A stretch of DNA of 35,972 nt from Anaerohalosphaeraceae bacterium (GTDB taxonomy: Bacteria > Planctomycetota > Phycisphaerae > Sedimentisphaerales > Anaerohalosphaeraceae). This document shows positions 29,285 to 35,972 of the stretch, in pieces (position 1 is the first letter of the stretch; the number at the start of each line of letters is the position of its first letter). The notes beneath the pieces were generated by a model. The model had not been told where the DNA came from. It made no database searches and saw only the letters and a list, made by a program, of their open reading frames with translations. The stretch covers positions 1 to 35,972 of the forward strand of contig CAXXSL010000007.1 in assembly GCA_963675525.2 (NCBI GenBank). The letters are read 5' to 3'. A program made the translations under genes and the position numbers.

Positions 29285-29587
29285 ATGCCAGGTGGAGACG
29301 GAACAGGCCCGATGGGTTTTGGCCCGATGTCAGGCAGAGCGGCAGGTTACTGCGCCGGATTCGCGGTTCCCGGTTATATGAATGCCGGACGCGGCGGCTA
29401 TTGGGGTCGCGGTCGAGGTTTTCGCGGCGCCGGACGCGGATGGGCACGCATGGGAGTGCCTGTTGGCCCAGCCATGATGCCGACGGAAACACCCGAACAG
29501 GAACTGGATGGACTCAAACAACAGGCCGAACTTCTTCAGAACAGTCTAAGCCAAATTAACAATCGCATTGAACAGCTTCAAAAGTAA
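29285..29587 (+). CDS. DUF5320-like Gly/Arg-rich small protein
   Basis: MPGGDGTGPMGFGPMSGRAAGYC followed by a coiled-coil tail; RBS AGGAGGT. Confidence 0.85.
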   Translation: MPGGDGTGPMGFGPMSGRAAGYCAGFAVPGYMNAGRGGYWGRGRGFRGAGRGWARMGVPVGPAMMPTETPEQELDGLKQQAELLQNSLSQINNRIEQLQK

Positions 29588-29672
29588 GACCCAAGGCGAT
29601 GCACACAATAACCATTGTTCGTGGGGGCAATTGTCCGCCTCCACGAACAATACAATTAGAAAGACTCGATTT

Positions 29673-31511
29673 GTGAAAGTTGCGATCACCAGCGGTAAAG
29701 GCGGTGTCGGTAAAACATTTGCGGCCACTTGCCTGGCTGCCGTCATAGCAGAATCTCAAAAGATCCGTTACATCGATTGCGATGTGGAAGCTCCCAATGC
29801 GCACTTATTCATTAAGCCCGACGAAATACACGCCGAAGAGCAAACACTTCCATGCATTGACCGAATGGACCCGAAAAAATGCACGTATTGCGGCCTCTGC
29901 GCAAAAGTTTGTTATTTCAATGCCATTGTCGTCGGCAAAAAAAACGCCATGGCTTTTCCGGAATTGTGTCGCTGGTGCGGAGCCTGCCAAATCGTCTGCC
30001 CGCATGATGCCCTCATCGTCAACCAGCGAACCATCGGAACCGTCTATCGCGGCCAGGTGGGAAACATCGACCTGCACTGGGCAACCCTGCAGGCCGGCGC
30101 AGGCGGCATGACCGTCCGGCTGATCGAACAGATCAAGCAGTTTGCCGATGAGACATTAACCATTCTCGATTCGCCGCCCGGAACAAGTTGCGCCGTCGTC
30201 CATACCATTCAGAACGCCGATGTCGTGGTGCTCGTCGCCGACCCCACACGCTTCGGCCAACATGATTTAAAACTTTCTGTCCATTTGTGCCGGGCGATGA
30301 ATATCCAGCCGCTTGTACTCATCAATCGCTCCGGCATCGGAAACCTCGAAGAATTGCGCCGCTGGTGCGAGTCGGAAAATCTGCCGATACTGGCCGAAAT
30401 ACCCGATGACCGCGAAATCGCCGAACTCTACTCAAAGGGATTACTGCCGATTGACCATCTGGATTATCTGCGGCAACTGTTTTCACAGGCCGCAAGACAA
30501 TTGGCCGTATTACCAAACAAGCCATTCAAGAAAAAACAGCTGTGTGACAATAAGCCGAAAGCGGAAACCGTTTTTCTGAATTCCGACACTTCGCTGAAAA
30601 CAATCGACGAACAAACACCCCCTGCCGATCCGGTTGAAATCGCTGTTGTCAGCGGCAAAGGCGGCACCGGCAAGACCTCGCTTGCCGCCTGCTTTGCACA
30701 GCTTGAAAAATCGGTTGTCGCCGACTGCGATGTGGATGCGGCGGACATGCATTTGTTATTGCAGCCGCAGATACTCGAATCGGAAACATATATCGGCGGG
30801 CGGGTCATGTCCATCGACCCCCGGCAATGCAGTGTTTGCGGCAAGTGCATCGACGTCTGTCAGTGGAATGCCATTTCCAAAACTAACAACACGGTCTCCA
30901 TCGACGAAGACAGTTGCGAAGGCTGCGGTGCCTGTGTACTGGTCTGCCTGACAAAAGCCGTCAAAACGAAACAAACCCGTGACGGCAAATGGTACTGGTC
31001 TTCAACACGACACGGAAATTTGAGCCACGCCACGCTGGAACCCGGCAAAGAAAATTCCGGGAAACTGGTCACGCTGGTTCGCAAAAATGCCGTTCATAAA
31101 AATAAAAATCCAAAGAACACTGCTGTCGTATTGGACGGCTCACCGGGAACAGGCTGTCCGGTGATCGCCTCGGTCGGCGGCGCCAAAGCAGCCGTCATTG
31201 TCACCGAGCCGACGGTTTCCGGTCTGCACGACCTCAAGCGAATTCTGGAATTGACCGAACACTTTAAAATCCCAGCCGGAATCGTCATCAATAAGGCCGA
31301 CATCAACCCGCAGGTCAGCAACGACATTAAACAGCTTGCTCAAGAACAAAATGCGGATATACTGGGCGAACTGCCGTACGATACAGTCTTCGTCCAGGCC
31401 CAGCAGGAAAGCAAAACAGTCTTGGAATATCAGCCCGACAGCGAGCTTTCAAAAAAAATAGAAGCTATCTGGAAAACGGTAAAAACAATAACAGGAAAAA
31501 CAAATGAGTGA
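29673..31511 (+). CDS. tandem-fused MinD/ParA-type ATPases, each with an inserted 2x[4Fe-4S] ferredoxin domain (COG1149-like)
   Basis: Two SGKGGxGKT + DCDV + CxxCxxCxxxC(x2) + D(S/G)xPGTxC + PTxxGxHDL modules in one frame; GTG start. Confidence 0.85.
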   Translation: MKVAITSGKGGVGKTFAATCLAAVIAESQKIRYIDCDVEAPNAHLFIKPDEIHAEEQTLPCIDRMDPKKCTYCGLCAKVCYFNAIVVGKKNAMAFPELCRWCGACQIVCPHDALIVNQRTIGTVYRGQVGNIDLHWATLQAGAGGMTVRLIEQIKQFADETLTILDSPPGTSCAVVHTIQNADVVVLVADPTRFGQHDLKLSVHLCRAMNIQPLVLINRSGIGNLEELRRWCESENLPILAEIPDDREIAELYSKGLLPIDHLDYLRQLFSQAARQLAVLPNKPFKKKQLCDNKPKAETVFLNSDTSLKTIDEQTPPADPVEIAVVSGKGGTGKTSLAACFAQLEKSVVADCDVDAADMHLLLQPQILESETYIGGRVMSIDPRQCSVCGKCIDVCQWNAISKTNNTVSIDEDSCEGCGACVLVCLTKAVKTKQTRDGKWYWSSTRHGNLSHATLEPGKENSGKLVTLVRKNAVHKNKNPKNTAVVLDGSPGTGCPVIASVGGAKAAVIVTEPTVSGLHDLKRILELTEHFKIPAGIVINKADINPQVSNDIKQLAQEQNADILGELPYDTVFVQAQQESKTVLEYQPDSELSKKIEAIWKTVKTITGKTNE

Positions 31512-32706
31512 GACAGAACACGTAAATGAAAACGGCCACCCACAGGCCGACATGCAGAAATTACAGGACAACATGGCTGCCATCGGCAAAAAAATCCTGG
31601 TTCTTTCGGGTAAAGGCGGTGTCGGAAAAAGTACGGTCGCAGTAAATATCGCCGCCGAGTTGGCTCGCAAGGGGTTTCAGGTCGGGTTGCTGGATGTGGA
31701 CCTTCACGGCCCCAGCGTTCCGCGTATGACCGGCCTGCCCGGGCAAAAATGCTTTGGGCTCGAAGACCAGATCATGCCGCTGAACGTATCGGACAACTTC
31801 AAAGTCATGTCCGTTGCTTTTTTGATCCCGGATGATACACAGGCCGTCATCTGGCGAGGCCCGATGAAGTATTCCGTCATTCAAAAACTACTGGCCGATA
31901 CCGTCTGGGGCGATCTGGACTATCTCGTCATCGATGCACCCCCCGGCACCGGCGACGAACCGCTCAGCGTCGCCCAGCTTGTCGGAACCGACGCCGGAGC
32001 CGTCATCGTGACAACGCCGCAGAAAGTTGCCGTCGAAGATGTTCGCCGATGTATCACGTTCTGCCATCAGGTCATGCTGCCGGTATGGGGCATCGTTGAA
32101 AACATGGCAGGACTTCTGTGCCCGCACTGTCAAACGGAAATCAACATCTTCGGAAGCCATTCCGGCGGCACCGAACTGGCCGAACAAACGGGCCTTGACC
32201 TGCTCGGACGACTGTTGATCGACCCGGCCATCGCCGACGGCGCCGATGCCGGATTGTCCATTGCCGACTGCTCAGTCCCGGCGCATGTCCATCAACAAAT
32301 GGATCAGATCATTGATAATCTGATGCCTAAAATACAACTCAAACAAAAACAGAAAGGAACCAATACCATGAAAATAGCCATCCCAACAGCAAACGGCCAA
32401 CTCTGTATGCACTTCGGCCATTGCGAACAATTCGCCTTTGTCACCGTCGATACGGAAAGCAAAACCGTCACCGGCACCGAAATGCTCACCCCCCCGCCGC
32501 ACGAACCCGGCGTGCTTCCCAAATGGGCTGCTGAAAACGGCGCCAAATTAGTCATTGCCAGCGGCATGGGCCAGCGAGCCCAGCAACTCTTTAACCAGAA
32601 CGGGGTCGAAGTGCTGGTCGGCGCCCCGGTCGATTCTCCGGAAAATCTGGCGGCGGCTTATCTAAACAACACATTACAAGTCGGACAAAATGCCTGTGAC
32701 CATTAA
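31504..32706 (+). CDS. Mrp/NBP35 Fe-S carrier ATPase fused to a NifB/NifX domain
   Basis: SGKGGVGKST, IWRGP, DAPPGTGDE and ENM...CPHC, then MKIAIP...HFGHCE...NACDH. Confidence 0.88.
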   Translation: MSETEHVNENGHPQADMQKLQDNMAAIGKKILVLSGKGGVGKSTVAVNIAAELARKGFQVGLLDVDLHGPSVPRMTGLPGQKCFGLEDQIMPLNVSDNFKVMSVAFLIPDDTQAVIWRGPMKYSVIQKLLADTVWGDLDYLVIDAPPGTGDEPLSVAQLVGTDAGAVIVTTPQKVAVEDVRRCITFCHQVMLPVWGIVENMAGLLCPHCQTEINIFGSHSGGTELAEQTGLDLLGRLLIDPAIADGADAGLSIADCSVPAHVHQQMDQIIDNLMPKIQLKQKQKGTNTMKIAIPTANGQLCMHFGHCEQFAFVTVDTESKTVTGTEMLTPPPHEPGVLPKWAAENGAKLVIASGMGQRAQQLFNQNGVEVLVGAPVDSPENLAAAYLNNTLQVGQNACDH

Positions 32707-32720
32707 CCGGCGAGACTGCA

Positions 32721-33929
32721 ATGCGATACTCTGACACGGTGATGGACCACTTTATGAACCCGCGTAACACCGGGCAGATCATGGATGCCGACGGAATCGG
32801 TATGATTGGTTCCGAAGAATGCGGTGACCAGATTCGTGTCTGGATAAAAATTCAAGACGGCAAACTTACCGACGTCCGCCATCAGGTGTTCGGCTGTCCG
32901 GCGGCGATTGCCGCATGCAGTATGATGACCCAACTGGCAACCGGTTTAACGCTCCAAGAGGCCATGAATCTGACCGATGCCAACGTTGCCGAGGCACTGG
33001 GCGGATTGCCGCCGGAGAAATATCACTGCTCCAATCTGGCCGCTTCCGCATTACACAACGCCATTCAAAACTATCAAACCGGACAAAAAAATCCCGCCGA
33101 TACGGTCAAAATCACAGTGCTTATCAATAATGTACTTCCCAAACCTCTGCACGCCGAACACGGATTGTCATTTTGGATTAAGTACGGTGGCAAAAACATC
33201 CTGTTCGACACCGGCCAGACCGATGCACTGGTGAAAAACGCTGAACTGCTCGACATCGACCTGTCGAAAACCGATGCGATTGTTTTAAGTCACGGCCATT
33301 ATGACCACACCGGCGGTCTGGAAGCGGTTTTAAAGTTAGCGCCAAACGCCGTCGTCTGTCTGCATCCCGACGCGCCAAAAGTGCGGTACAGTTGCCCACC
33401 CGGAAAAGAACCCAAAGATATTTCGATGCCACCGGAGGCTTGCCAAAAAATTGCCGAATGGGTACGCCAAAACCGCGTCATTTACACTGCCAGGCCCGAA
33501 TCAATCTATCCGGAACTAATGGTCACGGGAACAATCCCGAGAACGACAAGTTACGAAGACACCGGCGGCCCGTTCTATCTCGACAAAGAATCTCACACCA
33601 AAGACGCCCTCAGCGACGACCAGGCACTGATGATTTCCACATCCAAAGGCCTTGTCGTGATTCTCGGCTGCGCGCACGCCGGAGTCGTCAATACATTGCA
33701 ATACATAAAAACCTTAACACAACAGCCGATTTATGCCGTACTGGGCGGAACGCATCTGATAGCCGCCTCAAAAAACAGGCTAGAGAAGACATTCGACGCT
33801 CTCAGACAATACAACATCAGACAAATCACCCCCTGCCATTGCACCGGAGACCAAGCAATCGGCCAATTCAAAAACCGCTTTCCAAATGCCTTCATGGACT
33901 CCGCTGACAACATCCGAATCACAATTTAA
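32721..33929 (+). CDS. NifU/IscU-type scaffold domain fused to an MBL-fold metallo-hydrolase (COG1237-like)
   Basis: DHFMNPRN, CGD, FGCPAAIA and KYHCSNL; then EHGLS, FDTG, SHGHYDHTGG, GCAHAG, GGTH and PCHCTG. Confidence 0.88.
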   Translation: MRYSDTVMDHFMNPRNTGQIMDADGIGMIGSEECGDQIRVWIKIQDGKLTDVRHQVFGCPAAIAACSMMTQLATGLTLQEAMNLTDANVAEALGGLPPEKYHCSNLAASALHNAIQNYQTGQKNPADTVKITVLINNVLPKPLHAEHGLSFWIKYGGKNILFDTGQTDALVKNAELLDIDLSKTDAIVLSHGHYDHTGGLEAVLKLAPNAVVCLHPDAPKVRYSCPPGKEPKDISMPPEACQKIAEWVRQNRVIYTARPESIYPELMVTGTIPRTTSYEDTGGPFYLDKESHTKDALSDDQALMISTSKGLVVILGCAHAGVVNTLQYIKTLTQQPIYAVLGGTHLIAASKNRLEKTFDALRQYNIRQITPCHCTGDQAIGQFKNRFPNAFMDSADNIRITI

Positions 33930-33999
33930 TACTTGATTTTCGACGCATTCTTCTTACAGTGATAAGAATTAACCAATGTCTTTTCGGGAAGGAAAAACA

Positions 34000-35002
34000 A
34001 TGAAAATGAAGCACGTTTTTAATATTATATCGCTGGCAATACTTGTTTTTTTACCCGCCTGCAAACATCAATCGTCCATCGTCGATCGTCAATCCGGCGG
34101 TATCGCCCCCAAGCCGCTCTATCGCGACCCCGTCTATGACGGCCCGACTGATCCCGTCATCATCTGGAACGCCGGCGAGCAAAAATGGTTCATGTTCTAC
34201 ACCAGTCGCCGGGCCAACGTCCCGGGCCTTTCCGGCGTGACATGGGTACACGGCTGTCCCATCGGCATCGCCGAATCTGCCGACGGCGGCGTCACGTGGT
34301 CCTACCGCCAAAACGCCAACATCGACTACGTCAAAGGTGACGACACCTACTGGGCCCCCGACGTCATCGAACACGATGGCACCTACCACATGTATCTAAC
34401 CTACGTCCCCGGCATCTTCGAAAACTGGTCCCACCCGCGTGACATCCTACACCTGACCAGCAAAAACCTCATCGACTGGCACTACCAGTCAACGTTGAAA
34501 CTAGCCTGTGACAAGGTCATCGACGCCTGCGTTTTTCGTTTGGACAACGGCACCTGGCGCATGTGGTACAATAATGAAAAAGACGCAAAGTCCATCTATT
34601 GCGCCGACAGCACCGACCTCTACCACTGGCAGGACAAGGGCAAGGTCTTCGGCGACAAACCGGGCGAAGGCCCCAAGGTCTTCCGCTTCGAAGACTCCCT
34701 CTGGATGGTCGTGGACAACTGGAACGGTCTAGGTGTTTACCGCTCCGCTGATGCCGTCAACTGGACGCGCCAGCCGGAAAAATCTCCTGCAAACTCCCGG
34801 CACAGGCAATGACGACGATGCCAAGGGCCATCACCCCGACATTGTCGTCAACGACGGACAGGCGTATTTGTTCTACTTCACCCACCCCGGCAACAAACGC
34901 CGCAGTTCTATCCAGGTTACGGAATTACATGGCAAAGACGGCTGGCTAACCTGCGATCGGAATGAGCCCACATATATCAACTTGATTCCCCCAAAAAAAT
35001 AA
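34000..35002 (+). CDS. GH43-like beta-propeller glycoside hydrolase lipoprotein (frameshift near 34780)
   Basis: Lipobox-like FLPAC, DPVYDGPTDP, WAPDVI, VIDA and GEGP; the reading continues in another frame after the GAAAAA run. Confidence 0.75.
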
Positions 35003-35023
35003 CTGTTAGCTGATGACTGAGCG

Positions 35024-35068
35024 AAGCCCAACGGGCTTGAATAACAATAGCCCACGGCGAAATCCGGG
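35024..35068. repeat. degenerate third copy of the AGCCC..GGGCT/AATAGCCC REP-like unit
   Basis: AAGCCCAACGGGCTTGAATAACAATAGCCC resembles 2925-2955 and 4650-4680. Confidence 0.7.
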
Positions 35069-35197
35069 AAAAATAAAAGCCCCCTATATACCTGTACCTC
35101 TGCAAACTTATATACTCATATACCTGCTTGATTCAGAAGTGTATCTACGGTAGAATATCGAACAGCGTTTTTTGCTTAACGAATACACAAACGATCA

Positions 35198-35972
35198 ATG
35201 GGAGTATGTTCATTGCGATACCTAAGAGCTTTTGTGCTTTGTAGCTTTGTTTTGTCCTGCCTTTCAGAAACGGGTCTTTCTGAGAACTGGCCGCAGTGGC
35301 GCGGGCCCCGGCAGAACGGAACCTCTGCTCAGACCGACCTGCCCGAGATAATCGATCCCAACCATACCCTCTGGACAACGACCTTGCCGGGTTCCGGCAC
35401 GTCAACCCCGATCGTCTGCAATGCGTATGTCTTTGTCACCGCGGCCGACAAACCTACCAAAACCGTCATGGGTGCTGCCATCAACGCCAAAACGGAAAGC
35501 TCTTATGGACCGCTAGCTTAGGTGAGAATCGAACGGTGAAAGGTGTTTATGATATGACGGCGCCTTCGCCGGTCACGGACGGCAAACACGTTTGGTTTCT
35601 GACCGGTACTGGCGACCTGGCCGCATTTACCGCTGACGGCAAAGCCCTCTGGCGACGGGATCTGGCCGAAGAATACGCCGATTTTGCCGTGGGATTCGGA
35701 TACAGTTCCAGCCCCCTGTTGTACGAAGGTGTTTTGTATGTCCCCGTCCTGCAGAATGAAAAGCCCGGTGCCTACGGACTTAACAAGGACCGCACCGAAC
35801 CGTTGGATTCGTATTTGCTGGCCGTCGATCCGCAGACCGGTAAGACCCTCTGGAAGCATATCCGTGACACCGATGCCACAGAAGGGTCGCGCGAGGCCTA
35901 CATCACGCCATATCCATACGAATGGAACGGCCGCAAGGAGATCCTTATCGCCGCAGGCGAATGCATCACCGG
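35198..35972 (+). CDS. PQQ-like/BamB-type beta-propeller protein, 3'-truncated (frameshift near 35490)
   Basis: Signal peptide, ENWPQWRGP and STPIV; after the shift GKLLW, PSPVTDG, SSPL and TGKTLW. Confidence 0.8.

Noticed and set aside
27973..33929. Nitrogen fixation cluster
   Set aside because: Only NifX-like and NifU-like domains are present; no nifH, D, K, E, N or radical SAM NifB.

Overview
Bacterial chromosomal window, probably from an anaerobic Planctomycetota (Phycisphaerae-like). This placement is inferred from the PQQ-like propeller gene, the gene order and the intergenic repeat types. Left part: HIT hydrolase, dGTPase, and a repeat-rich intergenic mosaic (2453-5760) holding an IS1111-type IS110-family element inserted in a GTAG REP-like repeat. 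An empty copy of the target site lies 330 bp downstream, and the IS right end contains a bridge/seek-RNA-like structure whose guides match the target and donor. Middle: pgpA, an atypical kinase-like membrane protein, purA, the uppS-cdsA-phoH-7TM-HD-ybeY-CNNM-recO cluster, a RAYT remnant between inverted REPs that the ORF track misses, and a frameshifted galM. The most interesting locus is a minus-strand operon: variant TPP riboswitch, thiC, a radical SAM enzyme resembling archaeal GDGT ring synthases, a DUF116-polyprenyl synthase fusion, a prenyltransferase-like barrel and a DXDD class II terpene cyclase. It is a candidate uncharacterised cyclic-isoprenoid pathway. Right part: a DUF134/NifX/DUF89/MinD-Fe-S/Mrp/NifU-MBL operon with a palindromic operator, a GH43-like lipoprotein and a PQQ-like propeller. 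Several single-base frameshifts look like sequencing errors. All family calls come from motif recognition; no database searches were run.
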